Origin: Capsulimonadaceae bacterium
GTDB taxonomy: Bacteria; Armatimonadota; Armatimonadia; Armatimonadales; Capsulimonadaceae
DNA length: 64,000 bases
Direction of reading: 5' to 3'
Assembly: GCA_965215505.1 (NCBI GenBank)
Contig: OZ244065.1
Location: 736,001-800,000, forward strand
Shown one piece after another: positions 52,892-62,044 of this stretch. Position 1 is the first letter of the stretch, and each line of letters starts with the position of its first letter. The position numbers and the translations under genes are program-made. The notes under the pieces were generated by a model that saw nothing but the letters and a program-made list of their open reading frames with translations, was not told the DNA's origin and did not search any database.

Positions 52892-54031
52892 CTATCTCAA
52901 CCGGTCCATGACCCGTTCCATGAAACCCGCCTCATCCTCCACGGTCATCTCGATTCGCAGGGCGTAAAGGGGCAGATCCCACACCCCGCCCCCGCTCGCG
53001 TGGGGCCACTTCACGGCGTCTTTTTCCGTCATCACCAGCGCCTCGGCACCCGCCTGTACGGCGGCATCCATGGCGGTCCGCGCGTCGGAAGGGCTGATCT
53101 TGTGGTGGTCGGCCCACGCCCGGCTGCCGACGACTTCGACCCCCAGGTCGCGCGCAAGCGTCTCGATAAACGACTGCGGCTGGGCGATGGCGGAGGCGGC
53201 GAAGACGCGCCGACCGCCCAATGCGGAAAGCGGCTGCATTGGGGCCGACAGGTCATCGGCGGCGACCAGACCGGCAGCACGGTGGTCGGCGAAGAAAAGC
53301 GGCGCGTCCGGTGCCAGCGCAGCGACCCGTCCGGCCAAGTCCTGCCGCTCACCGGCCGTCAGCCCACCGGCGCGGGTGGCGACGACGACCCCGGCCCGGC
53401 GCAGGTGGCGCTTCGGCTCGCGAAGCAGGCCGCGCGGGAGCGGGAAGCCGTTGTCGAAGGGGCGGCGGGCATCCAGCAGCACGATGTCCATGTCCCGCTG
53501 AAGCTGCCAGAACTGAAAGCCGTCGTCAAGAATCAGAGTGTCCAGCCCGAAGCGGCGCATCGCCTCCCGGCCGGACTGCCGCCGGTCTTTGCCGACCAGG
53601 ACGGGGATGCCGGGCAGCGTCCGGGCGAGAAGGCAAGGCTCATCCCCGACCTGTTCCGTCGAAAGGGAGATTTCGCCTCCGTCCGAGACGACGCGGACGG
53701 AATGGCCCTCGCCGCCGTGTCCCCGGCTCAGGACCGCGACGCGCTTGCCCTGCCCCTGCAACCGTCGGCAGAGGAGCTGCGTCATGGGCGTCTTGCCCGT
53801 GCCGCCGACGGACAGGTTGCCGACGCTGATGACGGGGATCGGCAGCCGGTCCCGCCGACGCAGTCCCAGCCGCTCGCCCGCCAGATAGCCTTCCAACCCG
53901 GCGTCGTAGAGTGCCGCGCAGCCGCCGAGCAGCCCGCGCAGGGCGGCGGCGGCCGGGCCGGGCCGTCCCGGCTCGGCGATGACGCTCAGGACATAGTTTT
54001 CCGCGCTTTTGCCGTCTAGGCGCGACGCCAA
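52892..54031 (-). CDS. lpxK: Tetraacyldisaccharide 4'-kinase
   Basis: SVGNLSVGGTGKTP, LSRG.G, GDEP, LDDGFQ, P.G.LRE, DHH and TEKDAVK. Start is TTG 54031 or GTG 54040. Confidence 0.93.
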   Translation of the reverse strand: MASRLDGKSAENYVLSVIAEPGRPGPAAAALRGLLGGCAALYDAGLEGYLAGERLGLRRRDRLPIPVISVGNLSVGGTGKTPMTQLLCRRLQGQGKRVAVLSRGHGGEGHSVRVVSDGGEISLSTEQVGDEPCLLARTLPGIPVLVGKDRRQSGREAMRRFGLDTLILDDGFQFWQLQRDMDIVLLDARRPFDNGFPLPRGLLREPKRHLRRAGVVVATRAGGLTAGERQDLAGRVAALAPDAPLFFADHRAAGLVAADDLSAPMQPLSALGGRRVFAASAIAQPQSFIETLARDLGVEVVGSRAWADHHKISPSDARTAMDAAVQAGAEALVMTEKDAVKWPHASGGGVWDLPLYALRIEMTVEDEAGFMERVMDRLR

Positions 54032-54711
54032 AGGCCCCACCCCGTCCGCGCCTTGCCATCCGGCTGGACCGCGCCGACCTCGCGCTCGGCCTGGTCTTCC
54101 AGGGCGGTGATCGCCGCGCCGACGCGGTCGGCCCATAGCTTCTGGTCCGCCTCGCTCCGGGCGTCAGCCGGGATGTGGATCGGCTCGCCGTAGATCCAGA
54201 CGACACGGGCGAACGGCAGCGGGACCATGTACTTGTCCCAGGCGGGCATCAGCTTTCGCGGGTAGGCGCTGATGCCGGACGGGATGATAGGCGAGCCGGA
54301 CTTCTGGGCGAGGAAGATCGCCCCCGGCTGGACGACGTGGCTCGGCCCGCGCGGGCCGTCCGGGGTGTGCGCCAGAGTGGCCCCCGCTTTGAGGTGCCGG
54401 GTCATGGTCAGGGCGGCCTGCACCGCGCCGCGCGCCGAGGTCGAGCCGCGCACCGTGTTGATGCCGCACCTCTGGAAGAGGCGGTTCTGTAACTCGCCGT
54501 CACGCGACGTCGAAACCATCGCCCAGTACCCCCGGTTGCGGAAGAAGGCGATGGGCATGAAGGTCCGCCCGTGCCAGGAGACGAGGATGACGCCTTTGCC
54601 GGCCTGCTGGGCGGCACGCACATGGTCCTCACCGGTGATCCGCACACGCAGAGTCGCGGACAGCAGCCGGACGATCCAGTAGGCCAGGAATGGGATGAAA
54701 CGCTGTTTCAT
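54016..54711 (-). CDS. DUF374 / lysophospholipid acyltransferase family protein
   Basis: WHG, S.SRDGE, VRGS, TPDGPRGP and WD...P.PF. Confidence 0.9.
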   Translation of the reverse strand: MKQRFIPFLAYWIVRLLSATLRVRITGEDHVRAAQQAGKGVILVSWHGRTFMPIAFFRNRGYWAMVSTSRDGELQNRLFQRCGINTVRGSTSARGAVQAALTMTRHLKAGATLAHTPDGPRGPSHVVQPGAIFLAQKSGSPIIPSGISAYPRKLMPAWDKYMVPLPFARVVWIYGEPIHIPADARSEADQKLWADRVGAAITALEDQAEREVGAVQPDGKARTGWGLWRRA

Positions 54712-54733
54712 GGTGAGACTTTTCCGTCCGCCC

Positions 54734-56602
54734 TTAAGGCAGCGCGGGCACCGCGCGGCTAGGGTCCAGGCGTTCCTCGTCTTCCCCCGTGTCTCGGCTC
54801 GCGTCGTCTTCGCCCGCGTCCTTCCAGGGGAACTTCTTCTCGTGGAACCGCTCGTACAGGTGCCGGTACAGGCCGTCTGGGCGGCGCATCAGCTCGTTAT
54901 GGGTCCCACTCTCGACGATGCGCCCGGCCTCCATGACCAGTATCTTGTGCGCGTTCTGGATGGTGGAGAGCCGATGCGCGATCACCAGGGTCGTCCGCCC
55001 GCGCATCAGTGTTTCCAAAGCCTCCTGCACCACCTTCTCGGACTCGGCATCCAGGGCGGATGTCGCCTCGTCCAATATCAGGATGCGCGGGTCTTTCAGC
55101 AGGGCGCGTGCGATGGCGATGCGCTGCCGCTGCCCGCCCGAAACCTGCTTGCCGCGCTCCCCGACGAGTGTGGCGTAGCCGTCCGGCATGATGGCGGGGT
55201 TCGTGATGAAGGAGTGGGCATTTGCCGCCCGCGCCGCCGCCTCGATCATGCCGTCTGTCGCGAGCGGGTTGCCATACGCGATATTGTCGCGGATCGTCCC
55301 GCCGAACAGCACCGTCTCCTGCGGCACAATGGCGATCTGACGCCGCAGTGAATCGAGAGTGACGCGGCGCAGATCGTGACCGTCCACGCGGATGGCTCCG
55401 CCCTGCGGGTCGTAGAAACGCGGGATCAAGTCGGCGATGGTACTCTTGCCCGCGCCGGACGAGCCGACGACGGCGACGACCTCACCGGGACTCATCGTGA
55501 ACGAGATGTCGCGGAGGACGGGCGTGTCCGGGTTATAAGCGAAGGCGACGTGGTCGAACTCCACACTGCCGGTCACTTCGGGAAGCATGACCGCCTCCGG
55601 CGCGTCCTCGATCTCCGAGCGGACATCCAGGACATTCTCGAAGATGCGCCCGCTCCCGGCCTGAATCTGCTCCCAGGTGACTTTCGCCCCGCCCAGACCG
55701 CCCACGCCTTTCGCGATCAGGTTGAGCGTGAACACGAACGTGCCGACTTGTCCCAGCGTCAGCTCATTGCCGGCAACCATGTGTCCGGCCACCCACAGCG
55801 CGAAGGCGATGCCGAACGCGCCGATCAGGTCGTTGGTCGGCTTGATGCGTGCGGCCTGACGAACGACGGCCATGCTGAAGTCCTTCGCGGCCCGGTTCTC
55901 CTCCTGGAACTTCCGGACGGTGTGCTTCTCCGCGCCAAACGATTGGATGATGCGGATGCCGCTGAGAGTCTCCTCCATCAGCGTGTTCAGGTCGGCGAGT
56001 TTGTTCTGCGTGTCCCCGGTCGAGCGGCGGATGCGGCGGGTCAGCATGTTGATGCTGTAGGCCATCAGGGGGAACGCGACCAGCGCGATGAGAGACAGTT
56101 TGACCGAGATGAGGAAGATGCCGACCAGCCCGCCGACGACATAGAAGGGCGCGGGGGCGAGGTCCTTCAGCCCGGAGATGGCCTGCTGGAGCAGGGGGAC
56201 ATCGTTGTTCATCGTGGACATCAGCGCGCCGGTCCGCTGCCGATTGAAGAAGTTCAGCGACAGACCCTGGAGGTGGTTGTAGATGCGGTTCCGCAGGCGC
56301 AGCCCGAGCCTCTGCCCGGCCTCGGAGAAGAGAACCATGTCGCCGTAGGTGAGGAACCAGCGCAGAGCGTAGATGCCGATGATCGCCAGGCTGACGAGGT
56401 TCAGGCGGTGCAGCTCGACAGCATCCACCTTGCTGACGGCGGCCTGATTCGCCGAATCAATGAACGGCTTCAGCAGACTCGCGACCGCGCCGTCTGTAGA
56501 GGCGACCCCGGCGGCGCAGAGCAGCGCCCCAATCAAGTACCAGCGGTCCTGCTTCATGTAGGGCCAGAGCAGGTTCCATATGCGGCGTGGTGGCAGTGTC
56601 AT
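54734..56602 (-). CDS. msbA: Lipid A flippase MsbA-like ABC transporter
   Basis: Transmembrane domain plus GSSGAGKST, SGGQRQR and LDEATSALD. Located in the lpx cluster. Confidence 0.9.
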   Translation of the reverse strand: MTLPPRRIWNLLWPYMKQDRWYLIGALLCAAGVASTDGAVASLLKPFIDSANQAAVSKVDAVELHRLNLVSLAIIGIYALRWFLTYGDMVLFSEAGQRLGLRLRNRIYNHLQGLSLNFFNRQRTGALMSTMNNDVPLLQQAISGLKDLAPAPFYVVGGLVGIFLISVKLSLIALVAFPLMAYSINMLTRRIRRSTGDTQNKLADLNTLMEETLSGIRIIQSFGAEKHTVRKFQEENRAAKDFSMAVVRQAARIKPTNDLIGAFGIAFALWVAGHMVAGNELTLGQVGTFVFTLNLIAKGVGGLGGAKVTWEQIQAGSGRIFENVLDVRSEIEDAPEAVMLPEVTGSVEFDHVAFAYNPDTPVLRDISFTMSPGEVVAVVGSSGAGKSTIADLIPRFYDPQGGAIRVDGHDLRRVTLDSLRRQIAIVPQETVLFGGTIRDNIAYGNPLATDGMIEAAARAANAHSFITNPAIMPDGYATLVGERGKQVSGGQRQRIAIARALLKDPRILILDEATSALDAESEKVVQEALETLMRGRTTLVIAHRLSTIQNAHKILVMEAGRIVESGTHNELMRRPDGLYRHLYERFHEKKFPWKDAGEDDASRDTGEDEERLDPSRAVPALP

Positions 56603-56608
56603 GGTGTC

Positions 56609-57244
56609 CTAGTGTACCAGAAAAGGCAGCCTGAGAAACCGCAGGCTCAGAAGGAGGACAAAGATCAAGGCGAACGTGGCCGAAGTCTGTTCGCGGTTTT
56701 TGAGGGCCTGCGCCCACTCGAAGCGGCCCGCGCCGGTCGTGCGCGGCAGGGGCGAGGGCAGAAGGCGCGGCACGCGGCGCACATAATCCAGGTAGGGGGC
56801 ACCGAACTTGGCCGTCAGGAACGCCTCCTCGTAGAAGATGGCGGCGAGGTGGAAGACCAGGAACAGGGCCACCATCAGGCCGACGCCCCACAGGCCCAGG
56901 CCGGAGATCAGGCCGTAGCCGACGGCCAGCAGCAGGGACCCGAAGTAGAGGGGGTTGCGGACGTAGGCGTAAGGCCCGCCCGTGGCGATCTCGGCGTCTT
57001 TGGCGATGTACCCCGCCGACCAGAAGCGGACGATCTCGCCCAGGACGACGAGGCCTACGCCCGCTCCGTAGGCGGCCCAGCCGCCGTAATCCCGGTGCAA
57101 CGTCAGCGACAGGGCCAGCAGCAGTAGGGGGACGAGCCAGGTGAAGACGGTACGGCGGCGCACGAGGAACGGCGGCTTCATTGTTGGTGAAGGATTGTTT
57201 TCAGGCGAAAGTTTGTCGGACACGGGGTTCTCGGATCGGGTCAT
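56609..57244 (-). CDS. ICMT/phospholipid methyltransferase family membrane protein
   Basis: GE..R.W..GY, GPY.YVRNPLY.G and EE.FL..FG..Y..Y...VPR. ATGA overlap with the lpxB stop. Confidence 0.88.
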   Translation of the reverse strand: MTRSENPVSDKLSPENNPSPTMKPPFLVRRRTVFTWLVPLLLLALSLTLHRDYGGWAAYGAGVGLVVLGEIVRFWSAGYIAKDAEIATGGPYAYVRNPLYFGSLLLAVGYGLISGLGLWGVGLMVALFLVFHLAAIFYEEAFLTAKFGAPYLDYVRRVPRLLPSPLPRTTGAGRFEWAQALKNREQTSATFALIFVLLLSLRFLRLPFLVH

Positions 57245-58656
57245 AATGTTTTGTCGGGTTCGGTGGCCGACGGCGGCGCGGCGATGAGGTCCAGGAGCAG
57301 CGCGGCGGCACGGCGGACGCCTCCAGGCCGGCCGAGGCTGTCTTCAATCAGGACGTTCAGGCGCTCCTTCAGCTTCAGGATGCGCTCCGGCTCCAGCAGC
57401 ATCTCCACGGCCAGGGCGGAGATCGCCTCGGGGGTGGCATACGGCCCCAGCAGCTCGGCGACCAGGCGTTCCCCGGCCAGGATGTTCGGCATCCCCAGGT
57501 GGACGATGCCGTGCGACCCCGACCGCAGGAGGAACTCCAGGGACTGGAGCAGCGAGCCACGGTAGACGATGACCATGGGCTTGCGGAGGATCATCGCCTC
57601 CAGAGTCGCGGTGCCGGACTTGGTCAGGACCACATCGGCCCGCGCCAGGACGTCCCAGGTCAGGCCCGCCGCGATCACGATGGGCGCGGGTCCGGCGGGC
57701 GGGGCGCTCGGCGCGTGCAGGTCCTCGTCGGCGCGCGGCGGCGGCACGGTCACGCCCTCGTTGGTGGCGAGCTGCGGGGTCGGCATCAGGCCGTGGGCGA
57801 ACCGGGCCAGCCGGTCGCTCGCCCGTGCCGCCATGGTTTGGAGGCCCGCGCCGCGCCCGCCGGCCGCCTGCGCCCGCCGGATGATCCCTTCGGCCAGGGG
57901 CTGCCAGGTCGGCGAGGTCAGCGCGAGGACGAACTGGACGCCGGGGATTCGGCGGCTGATCTCGCCGGCCGCGCCGACCAGGGCGGGCAGGATGTGGCGG
58001 ATCTCGCCCCGCCGGCTCCCTGGCAGGAGGGCGACGATGGGGCGGGCCGGGTCCAGGCCGAACCGCTCATAGAAATCGGCGTCGGGCAGGGCCGGCTTGA
58101 CCAGGTCCAGCAGCGGGTGGCCGACGAAATGGGCGTCCGCCCCCTCGGCCCGCAGTAGCGCCTCCGACCAGGGGAAGGGCGTCACGATGCGGTCGGTCAG
58201 CACCGCCAGGCTCTTCGCGCGGGGGCGCGGCACGGCCTGACGCCGCCACGATCCGGGCGGGAAGTAGTAGAAGACCGGACAGACCGCGTGTTTCTTGATC
58301 CAGCGCGCCAGCTTCACGTTGAACGCGCCCGCGTCTATGAGGACCAGCACGTCGGGCGGGTCGCGCCGCAAGGCGCGCTCCATCTCCCACAGCACCCAGT
58401 ACATGCCGGGGATCTTCGGCAGGGTGTCCGCGATGCCGATGGACGCCCACGGGTCGCTGTCGTGGCGCACCTGGAAGCCCGCTTCGGCCAGGAAATGGCC
58501 ACCGATGCCCCAGGCCTCCACGGTGCGCGGATGCACCATCGCGCGCAGGGCCGTCAGCAGGGCCGCGCCTTGCCGGTCACCGGACGGCTCCCCGGCCACC
58601 ATGGCGATTCTTAGCGGCTTTAACGACGCCTCGGACACGCGCGTACCCTCCCTCAC
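57241..58656 (-). CDS. lpxB: Lipid A disaccharide synthase
   Basis: AGEPSGD..GA, ID...FN, FP.....VGHPL, LLPGSR..EI, SGTATLE and MPNILA. Confidence 0.92.
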   Translation of the reverse strand: MREGTRVSEASLKPLRIAMVAGEPSGDRQGAALLTALRAMVHPRTVEAWGIGGHFLAEAGFQVRHDSDPWASIGIADTLPKIPGMYWVLWEMERALRRDPPDVLVLIDAGAFNVKLARWIKKHAVCPVFYYFPPGSWRRQAVPRPRAKSLAVLTDRIVTPFPWSEALLRAEGADAHFVGHPLLDLVKPALPDADFYERFGLDPARPIVALLPGSRRGEIRHILPALVGAAGEISRRIPGVQFVLALTSPTWQPLAEGIIRRAQAAGGRGAGLQTMAARASDRLARFAHGLMPTPQLATNEGVTVPPPRADEDLHAPSAPPAGPAPIVIAAGLTWDVLARADVVLTKSGTATLEAMILRKPMVIVYRGSLLQSLEFLLRSGSHGIVHLGMPNILAGERLVAELLGPYATPEAISALAVEMLLEPERILKLKERLNVLIEDSLGRPGGVRRAAALLLDLIAAPPSATEPDKTL

Positions 58657-59447
58657 TGCCGGGGCGCGTCGTTCTGGCGGCCGTTCGAGCCGAAGCGGAT
58701 GTTGCGGATGAAGTCCACCAAATAATCCCGTTCCGGGCTGGGGGCGACCTCGTTGTCGATCGTCTCGATGGCCTGGGACATGTTCATCTGCGAGCGGTAC
58801 AGCAGCTTGTAAGCCTGCTTGAGATCGGCGCGGACGGGCGAGGAGACGCCCGAGCGGCGCAGGCCGATGACGTTCAGGTCCAGCACCTTACAGGGCCTTC
58901 CGTCGGCCATCATGAAGGGGGGGATGTCCTGGACCACCTTGGAGTAGCCGCCGACCATCGCCAGCCGTCCGATTCGCACGAACTGATGGACGCCGACGAA
59001 GCCGCCGAAGTTCACCCGCTCCTCCACCTCGACGTAGCCCGAGATGCCGGTCATGTTCGCCATCGTGATGCCGCTGCCGATGCGGCAGTTGTGGCCGATG
59101 TGGGAGTAGGCCATGATGAGGTTGTCGTCGCCGATGCGGGTCTCGTTCCCCGCGCCGGCCGCGCGGTGGATGGTGACGTGTTCGCGGATGATGTTGTTGT
59201 CGCCGATGACCAGGAAACTTTTTTCGCCTTTGAACTTCCGGTCCTGCGGGATGCCGCCCAGGACGGCTCCGGGGAAGATGTCGCAGGCGCTGCCGAGGGT
59301 GACGTAAGGCTCGATGACGACGTGCGGGCGCAGGCGCGTCCCGGCCCCGATGGCGGCCTCGGCCCCGACCACGGCGTAGGCACCGATCTCGACATCATCG
59401 CCGAGGACCGCGCTGGGATCAATGCTGGCTGTAGGGTGGATCTTCAT
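58653..59447 (-). CDS. lpxA: UDP-GlcNAc acyltransferase
   Basis: IHPTA, hexapeptide repeats, PQD.KF.GE, REHVTIHR, H..HNC, VHQF and N..GL.R. Confidence 0.96.
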   Translation of the reverse strand: MKIHPTASIDPSAVLGDDVEIGAYAVVGAEAAIGAGTRLRPHVVIEPYVTLGSACDIFPGAVLGGIPQDRKFKGEKSFLVIGDNNIIREHVTIHRAAGAGNETRIGDDNLIMAYSHIGHNCRIGSGITMANMTGISGYVEVEERVNFGGFVGVHQFVRIGRLAMVGGYSKVVQDIPPFMMADGRPCKVLDLNVIGLRRSGVSSPVRADLKQAYKLLYRSQMNMSQAIETIDNEVAPSPERDYLVDFIRNIRFGSNGRQNDAPRQ

Positions 59448-59533
59448 GCAGGGATGGTGTCTCTTCCGCGTGGACGAACAAGGGTTGACGAACTGGAAAC
59501 GATCGGGCGTCCGAAAAGGGTCTGCCGGAGGTG

Positions 59534-59971
59534 CTAGAAAGAGTCAACCAGCGCGAACATGATCTGCGCCACCGCCACTTCCTGGCCCCCCACGCGGGCG
59601 ACGCAGCGCACCTTGCCCATGTTGCTGCGGACGCGCAGCAGCTCGGTCTCCATCTCCAGGGTGTCGCCGGGGACGATGGGGCGGCGGAACTTGACCCCGT
59701 CCAGAGTCCCCAGGTAGGCCAGCTTGCCCTTGTGTTCCTCCACCGAGAGGATCATCACCCCGCCGACCTGCGCCATCGCTTCGATGATCAGGACCCCCGG
59801 CATGACGGCGCGCTGCGGGAAGTGTCCCTGGAAGAACGGCTCGTTGGCCGTCACGTTCTTGATCCCGACGGCCCGCTTGCCCGGCTCCAGCTCCAGTATC
59901 CGGTCCACCAGCAGGAACGGATAGCGGTGCGGCAGGATTTTCTTGATGTCGTCTATCTCAAGTACAGGCAA
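59534..59971 (-). CDS. fabZ: 3-hydroxyacyl-ACP dehydratase
   Basis: LPHRYPFLLVDR and NEPFFQGHFP..MPGVLIIEAMAQ. Confidence 0.97.
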   Translation of the reverse strand: MPVLEIDDIKKILPHRYPFLLVDRILELEPGKRAVGIKNVTANEPFFQGHFPQRAVMPGVLIIEAMAQVGGVMILSVEEHKGKLAYLGTLDGVKFRRPIVPGDTLEMETELLRVRSNMGKVRCVARVGGQEVAVAQIMFALVDSF

Positions 59972-60004
59972 AATTGTCTCCTCTGAGGACTCTACGATGC
60001 GGTT

Positions 60005-60829
60005 CTACGATAGCAGGCGCGCGAGGCGCACGTTCAGTGTGTGGCTGGGCTTGATGGCGATGATGTGCGCTTGCAGCGGCTGGCCGACCAGCGCCAGGTC
60101 GCCGATCAGGTCGAGCAGCTTGTGACGGGCCAGCTCGTTCAGGAAACGCAGCCCGTTCAGACAATCTCCCATGTCGTTTAACACGATGGCGTTCTCGTAA
60201 GAGGCACCCAGACCCAGGCCGTGCGCGCGCAGCGTCTCGATCTCCGACAGGAAGCCGAAAGTGCGCGCGGGCGCGATCTCCCGGCCGTAGTCTTCCGAGG
60301 CCGGGTCAAAAGTGACGCCCTGCGTACCGATCGCCGGGCGGTCGGGGTAGTCCAGCACGACGGTCACATGGAACCGGTCGGCGGGCATGACGACTATGGT
60401 TGAGCCGCCCTCGGCCACCATCTCGGGCCGCCCGAAAGTCATGGCGCTGACGGTCGTTCCCTGCTCGCGCAGGCCCGCCTCGCGGATGAGCGCGACGAAC
60501 GGGGCAGCGCTGCCGTCCCCGGCGGGCATCTCCCCGCCCTCGGTCTCGATCACGGCGTCGTCCACGCCCAGGCCGGCCAGGGCCGAAAGGACATGCTCGA
60601 CGGTCTGGACCTCCACGCCATTCAGCCCCAGCCGTGTGCAGCGGGAGGTGTCGGTGACGTTCGCGGCGCGGGCGGGTATCTCCCGTCCACTCCGCTTGTC
60701 CCGGAAGGCCAGCCCGGACCCCGAAGGGGCGGGGTGGAAACGGACGGAGGCGTCGGCCCCGGAATGCAGGCCGACGCCTTCATGGACTCGACTGGGGACG
60801 GTCAGCGTGACGCGCGGGCGCTCCGTCAC
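60005..60829 (-). CDS. lpxC: UDP-3-O-acyl-GlcNAc deacetylase
   Basis: [28 protein letters not shown] and RHKLLD..GD. Confidence 0.95.
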   Translation of the reverse strand: MTERPRVTLTVPSRVHEGVGLHSGADASVRFHPAPSGSGLAFRDKRSGREIPARAANVTDTSRCTRLGLNGVEVQTVEHVLSALAGLGVDDAVIETEGGEMPAGDGSAAPFVALIREAGLREQGTTVSAMTFGRPEMVAEGGSTIVVMPADRFHVTVVLDYPDRPAIGTQGVTFDPASEDYGREIAPARTFGFLSEIETLRAHGLGLGASYENAIVLNDMGDCLNGLRFLNELARHKLLDLIGDLALVGQPLQAHIIAIKPSHTLNVRLARLLS

Positions 60830-61878
60830 CGGTCCTGCCCTTTTTCTTTTTCCAGGGCGGCCAGGCGCTCCTCCAAGTCCTTGATCTGCCGGTTCATCTC
60901 GGGCAGCTTGCCGTAGAGGGCCTGCGAGCGCATCTCCTGCCCATGCGGGCGGGCATACATGCCGGAGACGAACGACTGCGGCGGCACGTCGCTGATGATG
61001 CCGGCCTTGGCGGCGACGATGGTGCCGTCCCCGATGGTGACGTGGTCCTTGACGCCGACCTGGCCGGCCAGGATGACGCCGTCGCCGATGTCCACGCTGC
61101 CCGAGACGCCGACCTGGGCGACGATCACGCAGTTCTTGCCCACGGTGACGTTGTGGCCGATGTGAACCAGGTTGTCTATTTTGGTGCCCATCCCGATGCG
61201 GGTCGAGCCGGTCCGAGCCTTGTCAATGGTGACGTTCGCGCCGATTTCGACGTCGTCCTCGACGATGACACGGCCGATCTGCGGGATCTTGTAGTGGCGG
61301 TTCTCGATGAACATGTAGCCGAAGCCGTCCGTGCCCAGGACGCTGCCGCTGTGGATGACGACGGCGTTCCCGATCTCGGTGTCGTCGTGCAGGACGACAT
61401 GTGGGTAGATCACACAGTTGTCGCCGACGGTGACGTTGTCGCCGACATAGACGAACGGGTAGATGACGCAGTTCTCGCCCAGGCGCACGTTGTCGCCGAT
61501 CACGGCCAGCGCGTGGACCGATGCGTTGCGCCCGAAGGAGACGTTCTCGCCGATGACGGCGGTCGGGTGGATGCCCTTGTAGACCTTCGGCTCGGGCGCG
61601 AAGATGCGGAGGACCTGGGCGAAGGCGAAGCGCGGGTTCTTGACGCGGATCAGCGGCTTGCCGCCCGAACGCTCGGCGGACACGGGGCTGTTGGCGTGGG
61701 CGATCACGGCGGAAGCCCGCGAGCGGCCCGCGCTGGTCAGCAGCTTGTCGTTCTCGGCGAACGTGATGTCGCCGTCCTGCGCGTCCTCGATGCTGGAGAT
61801 GCCCCGGATGGCGATGGAACCATCGCCCTCCACCGCGCCCTCAATGAGCGCGGCCAGTTGTCCCACGGTTGTTTGCAA
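60826..61878 (-). CDS. lpxD: UDP-3-O-acylglucosamine N-acyltransferase
   Basis: [27 protein letters not shown] and [12 protein letters not shown]. Confidence 0.96.
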   Translation of the reverse strand: MQTTVGQLAALIEGAVEGDGSIAIRGISSIEDAQDGDITFAENDKLLTSAGRSRASAVIAHANSPVSAERSGGKPLIRVKNPRFAFAQVLRIFAPEPKVYKGIHPTAVIGENVSFGRNASVHALAVIGDNVRLGENCVIYPFVYVGDNVTVGDNCVIYPHVVLHDDTEIGNAVVIHSGSVLGTDGFGYMFIENRHYKIPQIGRVIVEDDVEIGANVTIDKARTGSTRIGMGTKIDNLVHIGHNVTVGKNCVIVAQVGVSGSVDIGDGVILAGQVGVKDHVTIGDGTIVAAKAGIISDVPPQSFVSGMYARPHGQEMRSQALYGKLPEMNRQIKDLEERLAALEKEKGQDR

Positions 61879-61947
61879 TGTCCTCTCCTTAATTCAGCGC
61901 CTCGACATCCCCCGAAACACATTCCAGGTATACCCACGCCGTCCCGG

Positions 61948-62044
61948 TCATAGCCGCCAGGTCATCATAGCCGCCAGGTCATCATAGCCGCCAGGTCATC
62001 ATAGCCGCCAGGTCATCATAGCCCCAGGTCATCATAGCCGCCAG
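61948..62044. repeat. 17-bp tandem repeat (TCATAGCCGCCAGGTCA), five copies plus one partial
   Basis: Copies start at 61948, 61965, 61982, 61999 and 62016 (1-bp deletion). The partial copy at 62032 holds the upstream gene's last codons and stop. Confidence 0.92.

Noticed and set aside
61948..62044. CRISPR array
   Set aside because: The repeats are directly adjacent with no spacers, and no cas genes are present.
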